Origin: an uncultured Candidatus Peribacteria bacterium
GTDB lineage: Bacteria; Patescibacteriota; Gracilibacteria; RBG-16-42-10
Length of the DNA stretch: 64,000 bases
Assembly: GCA_964514565.1 (NCBI GenBank)
Contig: CAZERA010000001.1
Span: forward strand, 248,001-312,000
Direction of reading: 5' to 3'
Part shown: positions 20,392-31,035 of the stretch, one piece after another
Position numbering within the stretch: the first letter of the stretch is position 1
How the letters are laid out: every line of letters starts with the position of its first letter
Program-made: the position numbers and the translations under genes
Notes under the pieces: generated by a model
The model's database searches: none
What the model was told of the DNA's origin: nothing
The model's input: only the letters and a program-made list of their open reading frames with translations

Positions 20392-22074
20392 ATGGAGCTG
20401 TCAGTACCGCAGAAAGCATATCAGCAAATGTCACCTAGCCTCTACGAGGCCAGTATGTATGTTCTGGAGAAAATTATCAAAAACAATACGCAAGATCGTA
20501 TTTTGATTGATAAATATAAGCGTGAAGCAGCTCGTTTGTTCAAGGTACCTTGTCCTGCACAAACAATTATTTTAAGTGCTTATCAAACTGCAATTGAGGC
20601 TGGCAAGTTACCAAAACTAGATTGGATTCCTCGTATTATGAAGAAGAGCGCGATTCGTACCTTGTCCGGTGTTGCTCCAATTCCTATCCTTACCAAGCCC
20701 TATCCTTGTCCGGGTAAATGTATTTACTGTCCGACTGAGGAAGGTGTTCCTAAAAGCTATAATTCCAACGAACCTGCTGTGATGCGTGCTATTACAGTGG
20801 GATGGGACAGTTATCGTCAGATGGCTAAGCGCCTTTTCGCTATGAGTACTGGAGGACATTCGGTAGAAAAAGTGGATTTGATTGTGATGGGCGGTACGTT
20901 TTCTTTTTTGCCTCGTGCTTATCAAAGTAGTGTAGTACGTAAGGCGCTTAGGGCCATGAATGAGTTTACGGTTATGCGTGCTGAAGGTCCCCGTTTCTTA
21001 AAAAGTTTTACCTCTTCAAATAAAAGGCCCACCTCTTTGGCCAAAGAAATGCTGATCAATGAAACTGCAGACGTGCGATGTATCGGCATTACTTTTGAGA
21101 CTAGACCAGACTATATCAATGAAAATGAAGTAATTAATTTGCGCAAATTAGGTGGCACCCGGGTAGAGATTGGAGTCCAGAGTGTTTATGATGATGTGAA
21201 TGAATTGACCAAGCGTGGGCATGGCAATAAAGAAGCGAAAGAAGCGACATTTTTGCTAAAAGAGGCTGGTTTCAAGGTGCATTATCATACAATGCCCAAT
21301 TTGCCGGGGAGCGATTTGAAACGTGATGAGGAAATGTATCGTATTTTGTGGCAAGATCCTGGTTTCAAACCTGACCAAGTCAAGATTTATCCTTGTGTGG
21401 TGACGATTGATGCTGAGCTAAAAGATTGGTTTGACCAAGGTAAATTCCATACCTATAGCGATGCCGATTTGATTGAAATGCTAACCGAGGTCAAAAAAGA
21501 TATTCCATATTGGGTACGTATTGTTCGTCTTGGTCGCGATATTCCTCAACCCAATGTTTTAGACGGTAGTCACTATACAAACTTCCGAGAGCTAGTGCAC
21601 GCAGAGATGAAGCGGAAAGGCTATCAGTGTCGCTGTATTCGCTGTCGAGAGGTACGTGATCGTCCCCATGACATCAATGATGCCCAGTTGTTTGTTGAAA
21701 AATATGAAGCGTCTCAAGGATTGGAATATTTTATTAGTATCGAAAATGCAGCCAGAACAATTTTGTATTCACATTTGAGACTGCGTATTCCTTATCACAC
21801 ATTAGCTGGAAAGAAGCACTTTATTCGTGAATTGACCGAATCTGCCTTGATTCGTGAGGTTCATACCTATGGTGAAGCTGTCCCTCTGGAGGAACGCAAA
21901 AAAGGTGCATCACAACATATGGGGTATGGTCGTTGGATGATGGAATCAGTAGATGAAATTGTCCGTAAAGAAAAGATCAAAAAGATTGCTGTTATTAGCG
22001 GGATCGGCGTGCGGGGTTACTATCGAAAACTTGGCTATCAGTTGGAAGGAACCTATATGGTTAAAAAGATTTAA
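20392..22074 (+). CDS. elp3: Elp3 tRNA uridine(34) acetyltransferase (radical SAM + KAT)
   Basis: RTLSGVAP, CPGKCIYCP, PKSY, ETRPD, VEIGVQS, KIYP, CRCIRCRE, IREVHTYG, QHMGYG, VISGIGVRGYYRKLGY. Alternative starts at 20428 and 20455. Confidence 0.93.
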   Translation: MELSVPQKAYQQMSPSLYEASMYVLEKIIKNNTQDRILIDKYKREAARLFKVPCPAQTIILSAYQTAIEAGKLPKLDWIPRIMKKSAIRTLSGVAPIPILTKPYPCPGKCIYCPTEEGVPKSYNSNEPAVMRAITVGWDSYRQMAKRLFAMSTGGHSVEKVDLIVMGGTFSFLPRAYQSSVVRKALRAMNEFTVMRAEGPRFLKSFTSSNKRPTSLAKEMLINETADVRCIGITFETRPDYINENEVINLRKLGGTRVEIGVQSVYDDVNELTKRGHGNKEAKEATFLLKEAGFKVHYHTMPNLPGSDLKRDEEMYRILWQDPGFKPDQVKIYPCVVTIDAELKDWFDQGKFHTYSDADLIEMLTEVKKDIPYWVRIVRLGRDIPQPNVLDGSHYTNFRELVHAEMKRKGYQCRCIRCREVRDRPHDINDAQLFVEKYEASQGLEYFISIENAARTILYSHLRLRIPYHTLAGKKHFIRELTESALIREVHTYGEAVPLEERKKGASQHMGYGRWMMESVDEIVRKEKIKKIAVISGIGVRGYYRKLGYQLEGTYMVKKI

Positions 22075-22110
22075 TAGTTCATTTTGGGGGAGTTATAGTG
22101 AAGAAAAACT

Positions 22111-22772
22111 ATGTTTATTCTTCATGCGTTTTTAAATTTACTATATCCTCCTCGCTGTGTTGGCTGTGGATCAATGGCACGGTGGCTTTGTTTGGATTGC
22201 GATCGATCTTGGCGGCGGCAATTAGATACCAGAGTGACTGTTTATCCCGACCTGCCACTGCCAATTTTTATTGCAACCAAAGATTATTCTGATTACCTTA
22301 GTAAATTACTCTTTGCTTGGAAGTACCAGCGTTATGTGGAGTCAGCTGAGGTGCTTCAATCACTTTGGTCAGCTGCTTTTGTGCAGACTTTTGGTACTAC
22401 TCAAGCTATTACTTTGGTGCCAGTACCAATTCATTGGTTTAAATATTGGCAAAGAGGTTTTAATCAGGCTGAAACTCTGAGTCAGGTAGCTGTGCAGTCA
22501 TTTGGGATTGAACAAAAGCTGTTGCTGTCTCGTAAACATTATACATCGACCCAAGTGGGTCTTACTAAAGAGCAAAGGCAAGAAAACCTTGTGGCAGCAT
22601 TTCAAGTAAATAGTCAGGTTGCAGCAACAATCCCCAAAGAAAACACGATCGTGTTAGTAGATGATATCGTCACCTCAGGCACGACGCTTTTGCAGTGTCA
22701 GCAAGTCTTGCATCAGGCTGGATTTCACCATATTGTGGCATTGGTTTTGCATCGTGGTACCCGATCAGATTT

Positions 22773-22776
<4 letters not shown>
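22111..22776 (+). CDS. comF: ComF family protein (zinc ribbon + phosphoribosyltransferase)
   Basis: LYPPRCVGC...LCLDC, VPVP, RGFNQA, LVDDIVTSGTT. Confidence 0.92.
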
Positions 22777-24420
<1,644 letters not shown>

Positions 24421-24429
24421 ATAACTTCG

Positions 24430-24457
24430 AGATAAAAGGTAAGATGGAAGAGGTAAG
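24430..24457. repeat. Imperfect 7-bp tandem repeat between convergent tgt and parB-like genes
   Basis: agataaa aggtaag atggaag aggtaag. Confidence 0.55.
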
Positions 24458-24484
24458 AAATGTAATGGCTGTTTGGTCTGTAAG

Positions 24485-26158
24485 CTAAGCAGCCTCGTCT
24501 AGATCGCTTATGGCGATAGCATAATACTGGTGGCCATCTACTAATCTTACAATTGCTTGGCGGCCAGGATCGGTTAGTTTAGTGGCAGCAGCTAAAGACG
24601 TGTATTGACTGTGCCCTTTTTCAACTACTACTACAGATTGCCCTGCGAGTGGTGCATAGATACCGGTCAATGTTGCACGCACTTTACTTATATAGGTGTA
24701 GGCAGTACCTGCCTCAGCAGATTTTACGCCCGGTCTGATTTCAGTAGTAGGCCAGTTTAAGCGGTAGCCTGGCACTTTCTGATATTCTTTACCTTCTCCT
24801 TTGAACCGTTTTGTTTGAGTCTCAATTTTTAATCCTAATACAGCAAGTTCTCTACTTAATTCTCTGATGTGACTGGTGACTGCATTCACCTCAGCGTGTA
24901 CCAAGGGAGCTAACTCACGTGCGGCTAGTACTTTTCCAGTTAAGCTATCACTTGCTTTAGCTAATTCAATCAGCATCGCCTTCCGTACTGGGTGAGCGAC
25001 CTTGCCCTCAATTTCAGCTGCATACTTTAGGAATTTTGGTTTACCAACAATAGCTACTAGCGGATTAGGTTCTACTGCAAGAGTAACAACCTCTCCGAAA
25101 ACATCTAGTAAATCAGTTACTTCAGCTAACAAATCTGCTTCTGCTTCAGGCGGATTACCAGGCCGATCGCGTAAAATATCTCGTACTCGTAGACGATCTA
25201 TGTTCATTACTTTTCTGAGTTTGTTTTTGGCTGCTTGTAATGCACTCAATGCTGCTAATACTGTATTTATCTCTGCTACACCTTGTAGCTCTTGACTGGC
25301 AGTTCCATCCATTAAAGCCTCACGTATTCTTTTTCGTATGCCTTTTTTTGTATTTGCACCACTAGTGTCATCTTGATCCGCTTCTCGATCTAGATCATCG
25401 ACTAATACTCTAGCTACTCGCAAGAGTCTCAGTTTGTCAGCTGGGGTGCTGTGTTTCATCAAGTGCAACATGTGATTTGGTGGTACACCCCTAGCAATCA
25501 GTACTTGTACGTCTTCAGGTTGTTCCAATAGCTTTACGTGATTGATGATTGTTTGAACAATACACCCTACGCGAGTGGCTATTATTTTGTAAGCACCATT
25601 TTTAGAAAGTAGCGGATTTCTTTTCATGTAAAAGTCAGCCATTTTTTTGTAGGCTTTCCCTCTTTCTATTGGATTGTGAGGAGCATTACCTTCGTTGATA
25701 GTCAGTGATGCTTCTAACAATTCTTCTTCAGTTGCTACATACATTACAATGATCTTGGCTGTAGAACGCCCCAACTCTTTTAAGACTTTGAACCGCCTCT
25801 CACCATCCACAATCATCAAGATTACCTCGCCGGTGTCTTTACCGTCTTCATCTTTAATGGCACATGGTACTACTTTGATTGCTACTCTTTGCGGTGAACT
25901 ACTAAGACTAGCTTTGAGTTTTCTTAATTCTCTTGGATCAAATAGTTCTCTAGGTTGGTCTGGGTTTGGGTGGATACAATCCAAAGAGATTTCCATCTCT
26001 CTTCCCTCCAACGCTGGAATGCGACTTAGTTGTCTACCGAGATCTAGGATTGTTTCGCCACGCTCACTAATATTTGGCGTAGCTAACAACTGTCTATCTA
26101 GAGCAGGGATTAGATCTACTGGGTACTCCAATGCCTCTGCTACTTCTCCTAAAGCCAT
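24485..26158 (-). CDS. ParB/Spo0J-family protein with a C-terminal winged-helix-like domain
   Basis: IHPNPDQPRELFD, IVDGERRF, HTH (IIATRVGCIVQTIINHVKLL), then NAVTSHIRELSREL...IET...GYRL. Confidence 0.8.
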   Translation of the reverse strand: MALGEVAEALEYPVDLIPALDRQLLATPNISERGETILDLGRQLSRIPALEGREMEISLDCIHPNPDQPRELFDPRELRKLKASLSSSPQRVAIKVVPCAIKDEDGKDTGEVILMIVDGERRFKVLKELGRSTAKIIVMYVATEEELLEASLTINEGNAPHNPIERGKAYKKMADFYMKRNPLLSKNGAYKIIATRVGCIVQTIINHVKLLEQPEDVQVLIARGVPPNHMLHLMKHSTPADKLRLLRVARVLVDDLDREADQDDTSGANTKKGIRKRIREALMDGTASQELQGVAEINTVLAALSALQAAKNKLRKVMNIDRLRVRDILRDRPGNPPEAEADLLAEVTDLLDVFGEVVTLAVEPNPLVAIVGKPKFLKYAAEIEGKVAHPVRKAMLIELAKASDSLTGKVLAARELAPLVHAEVNAVTSHIRELSRELAVLGLKIETQTKRFKGEGKEYQKVPGYRLNWPTTEIRPGVKSAEAGTAYTYISKVRATLTGIYAPLAGQSVVVVEKGHSQYTSLAAATKLTDPGRQAIVRLVDGHQYYAIAISDLDEAA

Positions 26159-26436
26159 TTGATTTTAAATTAAGTGATCATCGTAGCACTCACTTTTCAT
26201 TGCAAACAGTACTATTTAAGTACTTGAGCACTCTTAGTTGTTTGCATGCGTAAAAATATGCTGATAAATACTTAAGTTATCTGATTTGACTTGTGTGATT
26301 TATTGTTTCATTTATATAGAGTGACTCATTTTTTTCTGATTGTTACTTTTTGAGTAAAATTAGATGGATGTTAATTGCTGTGGTGAGTAGATTAACTATC
26401 CAATTAGTTGTTTAATGAAACAAAAAAATAGCTACA

Positions 26437-27036
26437 ATGAAACCACTTCTACTACTAGATTACGATGGTACCATTTGTTTTGACCGTTTCTGGCGTAGCG
26501 TAGATGCGGCGCTTTTTGCTCAGATCCAAGTACATTTATTTGGAGCTGATCGACACATGCTTACAACTTGGATGCGTGGCCAGCTTACTTCTGAAGAGAT
26601 CAACCAGTTTTTGGCTCTGAAGACTAATGTCTCGTATCAGAAACTCTGGGAAACATTTGTGAATGATTGCCGGACTATGCGAGTGGAACCGCAACATTTA
26701 CAGAAAGTTAGAAACTTACGCTCACGCTTTGCTGCTGTGTTGATGACGGACAATATGGATTGTTTTAGCCGGTTTACTGTGCCAGCATTACAATTGGATC
26801 ATTCTTTTGACGCAATTTTAAATTCAGCTGATCATGGCCAGCTGAAGAGTGATGATAGTGGCTCTCTTTTTAGTCAGACCGCGCAAATCTATGGCAATGC
26901 CATGCGTGATGCTTGGTTGGTAGACAACTCTAAACAGGCTTGCGACCACTTTACAGCGTTAGGAGGTAACGCTTGTTTTGTTGATGCCAAACATCCCGTT
27001 CAGTTTTGGCTGGATCACTTGTTGAGCACCTTCTGA
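26437..27036 (+). CDS. HAD-superfamily hydrolase
   Basis: LLLDYDGT, TDN, K, LVDNS motifs. Confidence 0.78.
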   Translation: MKPLLLLDYDGTICFDRFWRSVDAALFAQIQVHLFGADRHMLTTWMRGQLTSEEINQFLALKTNVSYQKLWETFVNDCRTMRVEPQHLQKVRNLRSRFAAVLMTDNMDCFSRFTVPALQLDHSFDAILNSADHGQLKSDDSGSLFSQTAQIYGNAMRDAWLVDNSKQACDHFTALGGNACFVDAKHPVQFWLDHLLSTF

Positions 27037-28091
27037 ACTTGTTTCGGTGGCTTAGTTGGTGGCGTACCCAAGACTTTTAATAATGTTCCTTGTCGTAGTT
27101 CCAATCGTATTTCATTACGTGCTGCTTTTTCTAGATCGTAGACATATAAGTTTCTTTCTAGATGAAGTTCGTACATGATTAAACTAAATTCTAACATTAC
27201 TACTGGGGCGATCACCCAAGCTAGGTCGAAGTGTAGTAATGAATTGTAGAGTGCATGGAGAATTACTGCCACTAGCAAGCCCTCTGCAATTAGCTCATCC
27301 TTACGTACGCGAATACTATGAGGAATAGGAAAGTGATGATTCTCCCATAGTGCCTTGATCCTTTGTACACGACTCTTTACCCCTTTTACCAATAGGTAGT
27401 TACGTAATTTCTTCTTTTCGCTAATTTCCGCCTCTAGTTCCAGAACGCGTGCTTTGCCATAATAATAGCCCAAGAATCCAGAGAATATTGTATGCATGAG
27501 CATTGTGCCAATGTTTCGGGCTGTCACTATCTGGATAAAACTAACGTTGGTGATCAAGTAGCCTATGTCATTGAGTCCTTGTGGTGCGTATTGGTTGGCT
27601 GCTGCAGCAAAGTAAGCCACGTTTTCTAAAAAGGCGAAGCCCAAAGCACCAGCAATAGCATATTCGATGCCATCGACCACACGGTTGAAGTGGATTTGGT
27701 TGTTATTGATGCGGCTAATGATCAAAAATTTGGCATATTCCTCTAGCGCTCCCAGGATCATGAACCCAAGTATTACTAACCATGTGTGCCCTTTACTACT
27801 AGCTGTTTCTACCCAGCTAGCTAAATCAATGCCAAACAAAATGTTTACTAAATAGTTCACCACCAAAACAATCAGCACGGCACTTGTACCCCACAAAAAG
27901 GTAATTACCATATACTTGGTATCCTCTTTTTCCATGTACACCTGTCTATAGTAAAGCCAGAACCAAAAACAAGCAGGGATCAAAGCGCCACCGCCGAGTA
28001 AAAGCAAGGCACTAGGATGCATCCAGATCCAGCTGGTAATTCCAGCTATCCAAAGCCAAAGATCACTGAAAATAGTGAATATAAGCGCCAT
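27015..28091 (-). CDS. PrsW-family intramembrane metalloprotease
   Basis: LEEYAK, ALGFAFLEN, MHTIFSG, LHALYN. Confidence 0.9.
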   Translation of the reverse strand: MALIFTIFSDLWLWIAGITSWIWMHPSALLLLGGGALIPACFWFWLYYRQVYMEKEDTKYMVITFLWGTSAVLIVLVVNYLVNILFGIDLASWVETASSKGHTWLVILGFMILGALEEYAKFLIISRINNNQIHFNRVVDGIEYAIAGALGFAFLENVAYFAAAANQYAPQGLNDIGYLITNVSFIQIVTARNIGTMLMHTIFSGFLGYYYGKARVLELEAEISEKKKLRNYLLVKGVKSRVQRIKALWENHHFPIPHSIRVRKDELIAEGLLVAVILHALYNSLLHFDLAWVIAPVVMLEFSLIMYELHLERNLYVYDLEKAARNEIRLELRQGTLLKVLGTPPTKPPKQVQKVLNK

Positions 28092-28172
28092 TTGTTTTTA
28101 TGTTCCTCTCATTATACCTCATTATGATGCTTTCCTACTAGACAGCAGCTAGATTTGTTCTTAAGATTTCGC

Positions 28173-28569
28173 TGCCTCTATCAAAAGACTACTGCTCTGC
28201 TAGCAATAGCGGAGAGGAAAGTCCGGACAGCAGTGAAGCATCATAATTCCTAACGGGAATCCGTTGCTATGGTAATCATAGTGATGAGGGACAGTGCCAC
28301 AGAGACAATACTACCTTGGACTGTTATGGTTCAGGGGAAAGGTGAAAAGTCTCCTTCAGGGAGAATCTCTCATGTGAATGAGATGTATCGGTAAACCCTA
28401 TGAGCTGCAAGGTGGAATGGAGAAAAAAGATCATCTTCGCTTCACAAGACTTTTTTCGCCCACTGCACGAGCCCATTTGTGAAAATGGGACCAGATAGAT
28501 AGTAGTCATCTCGATTTGGTGCGCAAGCATTGAAGAGGGAACAGAATCCGGCTTATCTTGGTGGAGGCA
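28173..28569 (+). ncRNA. rnpB: Bacterial RNase P RNA
   Basis: GAGGAAAGTCCGG, AGTGCCACAGA, GGTAAACCC and ACAGAATCCGGCTTA consensus blocks; terminal P1 tgcctctatcaa/ttggtggaggca; P6 gtgaagc/gcttcac. Confidence 0.95.
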
Positions 28570-28581
28570 ATCTCACACATT

Positions 28582-29970
28582 ATGAAAAAACTTTCTTTGC
28601 GCTACTGGTATCAACGTATGTTGCAGGCCGATCCTTGGCTTGTTGCTGGTATAGCTCTTTTGATCGTGTTGGCTGCTATTCGGTTATGGCATATTACTCA
28701 GCCAGCGGAGGTTGTGTTTGATGAAGTTTATTTCCCTCTAGATGCCCAAAAATATTTAGCTGGGCAAGGATTTTTTGATATTCATCCGCCTTTGGCAAAG
28801 TGGCTTTTTGCTGCTGCTGAATGGTTGTTTGGCTACCATACTGCTGCCCCTTATGATCAAGCTGGAGTGACCGCTCAGACCTTACTTTGTCCGGTCGTTA
28901 ATCCTTGTATTTATACATTTAGTTGGAGAATTGTGCCTTTCATTGCCAATATGGGACTACTTACTGTTCTCTGGCTTTTGGTTGCTCGTATTACTAAGTC
29001 ATGGAAGGCCGCCCTAATTGCTTTGGTAGTATTAGGGTTTGATGGCCTGTTGTTCATCTATAGTCGACTTGGTTTGATGGATGGTGTGATGTATTTTTTT
29101 GCTTTTGCTGCTTTTTATGTTTTTGTGGTGGCATTGGACCAAAAGAAAAAGCTGAATCAGTCTATATTAATTCTATTCGCCGGTGTGCTTTCAGGCTGTG
29201 CTATCGCTGTTAAATGGCTTGGTCTGGCCAGTGTTATTCTGGCTGGTATATGGTTTCTTTGTCAGTGTTGGGCGCAATACCGTCAGCCAGCAAAAGAAGG
29301 CACTATTTCTCGATGGACTTGGGTAGCATTAATTGGTGCCATGGTCCTGGCTGCGCTAACTTATATTGCTGCTTTCTTGGGAGAAGGCGCCAATTGGGCT
29401 CAGCTGAGTAAAGATATTTATGTGCCATTTCACAACTTCTGGGAGGGTTTCAAGGAGTGGCATAATCAAGCATTTTTGTTCAATAAAAATCTCAAAGATA
29501 CTCACATCTATGGCTCTACTTGGTGGACATGGCCACTGATGATTAGACCGATTTGGTATTACTACCAGCAAGATGCACAGGGGCTAATCCGGGGGATTCT
29601 CACTATGGGGACACCGTTTATTTGGTGGTCTGCTTTTGCTTCATTTCTGTTTACCCTATTTTTTGTTTGGCCCAAAGATATTTGGCAGAAATGTCTACTC
29701 TATAGTTCGATTTTGATGTATGTGCCCTGGATTGTTATCAATCGTGTTTCGTTTTTGTATTACTTCATGGGTGTGGCTACAGTGTGGCAACTTTTACTTG
29801 CTTACAATCTTTGGTTACTTAGTAAGCATCGTATTGGTCGTTGGTTTGTTTTGGCGATACTGATCTTGTTCGTACTCTGTTTCTTCGCTTTCTACCCACT
29901 CTTTACTGCTATGCCAGTGACGAGAGAGTACTTTGATCATGTGCTGTGGTTTGTGAAGTGGAGAAGCTGA
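28582..29970 (+). CDS. Protein O-mannosyltransferase (PMT, GT39-like)
   Basis: VFDEVYF, DIHPPLAK, SRLGLMD, AVKW, H.YGSTWWTWP, R..FLYY; many TMs. Confidence 0.88.
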   Translation: MKKLSLRYWYQRMLQADPWLVAGIALLIVLAAIRLWHITQPAEVVFDEVYFPLDAQKYLAGQGFFDIHPPLAKWLFAAAEWLFGYHTAAPYDQAGVTAQTLLCPVVNPCIYTFSWRIVPFIANMGLLTVLWLLVARITKSWKAALIALVVLGFDGLLFIYSRLGLMDGVMYFFAFAAFYVFVVALDQKKKLNQSILILFAGVLSGCAIAVKWLGLASVILAGIWFLCQCWAQYRQPAKEGTISRWTWVALIGAMVLAALTYIAAFLGEGANWAQLSKDIYVPFHNFWEGFKEWHNQAFLFNKNLKDTHIYGSTWWTWPLMIRPIWYYYQQDAQGLIRGILTMGTPFIWWSAFASFLFTLFFVWPKDIWQKCLLYSSILMYVPWIVINRVSFLYYFMGVATVWQLLLAYNLWLLSKHRIGRWFVLAILILFVLCFFAFYPLFTAMPVTREYFDHVLWFVKWRS

Positions 29971-30083
29971 GAAAATAGGTCAGAGATTATGGGCGTGAGG
30001 AAGATTTAGGCAATAGAAGTTTTTATTGTAAAGGGGGATTCTGGTGTCTAGAGGGATTGGGCTTTGCTTTGTGTGGTGCCATT

Positions 30084-30094
30084 TGTGCTACAAT
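30084..30094 (+). promoter_or_regulatory. Putative extended -10 promoter (TGTGCTACAAT)
   Basis: 20 nt upstream of the ATG at 30115. Confidence 0.5.
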
Positions 30095-30114
30095 ATATAG
30101 GATTATGTATTTTT

Positions 30115-30840
30115 ATGGAGAATCATGAGTATGCGTTTGGGCCTAGAAAGTTTGAGGGGGTAATTGTTTTTTATCGTATGTTGGCGGGTATTGTTGGTGG
30201 ACTCGCTGGTGGCTTAATTGTTTTAGTGGGTATTCTCTTAGCTGGTTCTTTGATCAATGCGCTTTCTGATCCTACTGCTTTTGTCTCTCCATTTGCGATC
30301 TTTATGGGGATTAGTGTGCTTTTCTTGGCCAATCTGATCAGCAATGGTTTGAGTGTGTTTTTGATGAGTATGTGTGATCAAGATAAATACGATAATCCAT
30401 ATCGGGGACTGTTGCAGGTAGCGATCATGAATATCGCTATTTTTGTGATTTGTATTCCTGCTTACTTCATTGCCAAGTCGGTCGATATCAACTTGATGCT
30501 GGTGGTGGCATTGGTGCACATTGTTAGTTCAGCATTAGGTTCAATCTTGGTCTTTAGCGGAGCTACTGTGCGTCCAGCTGAGTTTATTGTCGATGTATAC
30601 GGTGCATTTATTAGTTTGTTATTGGGCCTAGGCATTACTTCACTTGTTTATTTCTTGGGACGTGAGCTCGCCTTGTTCTTTGGTTTGCCGATTATTATGT
30701 GGTTTAGTATTGGTTTCTTTAGTGGACTCACTGAATTCTTTTACTACCAACTCTATCGTCACACTGGTGTAGATCTGCTGGAGACTGGGGACGGTGGCTC
30801 ACAGGAAGAAGAAGAAACTGAAGAATTCAAAAGCAACTAA
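30115..30840 (+). CDS. Multi-pass membrane protein of unknown function
   Basis: About 6 hydrophobic helices and an acidic C-terminal tail. Confidence 0.75.
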   Translation: MENHEYAFGPRKFEGVIVFYRMLAGIVGGLAGGLIVLVGILLAGSLINALSDPTAFVSPFAIFMGISVLFLANLISNGLSVFLMSMCDQDKYDNPYRGLLQVAIMNIAIFVICIPAYFIAKSVDINLMLVVALVHIVSSALGSILVFSGATVRPAEFIVDVYGAFISLLLGLGITSLVYFLGRELALFFGLPIIMWFSIGFFSGLTEFFYYQLYRHTGVDLLETGDGGSQEEEETEEFKSN

Positions 30841-30858
30841 TACGTCCAGCTATATTCT

Positions 30859-30934
30859 GACCCTGTAGTTCAAATGGATAGAACGGAGCTCTCCTAAGGC
30901 TTTAATAGAAGTTCAATTCTTCTCAGGGTCACCA
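30859..30934 (+). tRNA. tRNA-Arg (anticodon CCT), CCA encoded
   Basis: Acceptor GACCCTG/CAGGGTC+ACCA, D arm GTTC/GAAC, anticodon loop CTCCTAA, T arm AGAAG-TTCAATT-CTTCT. Confidence 0.93.
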
Positions 30935-30938
30935 TTCA

Positions 30939-30962
30939 TCCCGCATGCGCGGGACTTCTTTT
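30939..30962 (+). terminator. Putative intrinsic terminator after the tRNA
   Basis: tcccgc-atgc-gcggga stem followed by cttctttt. Confidence 0.6.
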
Positions 30963-30971
30963 GCCTATCCA

Positions 30972-31006
30972 CTTCTTCCCTTTTCCCTTTTACTTCTTAC
31001 TTCCCG
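30972..31006. repeat. Pyrimidine-rich imperfect 7-bp repeat
   Basis: cttcttc ccttttc cctttta cttctta cttcccg. Confidence 0.55.
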
Positions 31007-31035
31007 TTAGCTATTCTGGTTAGGAAAATTTTCTT

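Noticed and set aside
26159..26436. AT-rich spacer next to the parB-like gene as oriC or parS
   Set aside because: No DnaA-box cluster or parS palindrome (TGTTTCACGTGAAACA) was recognised; it is more simply a divergent promoter region.
28324..28581. ORF 28324..28530 and the N-terminal extension of pmt from 28558
   Set aside because: Both overlap the RNase P RNA; the pmt start is better placed at 28582.
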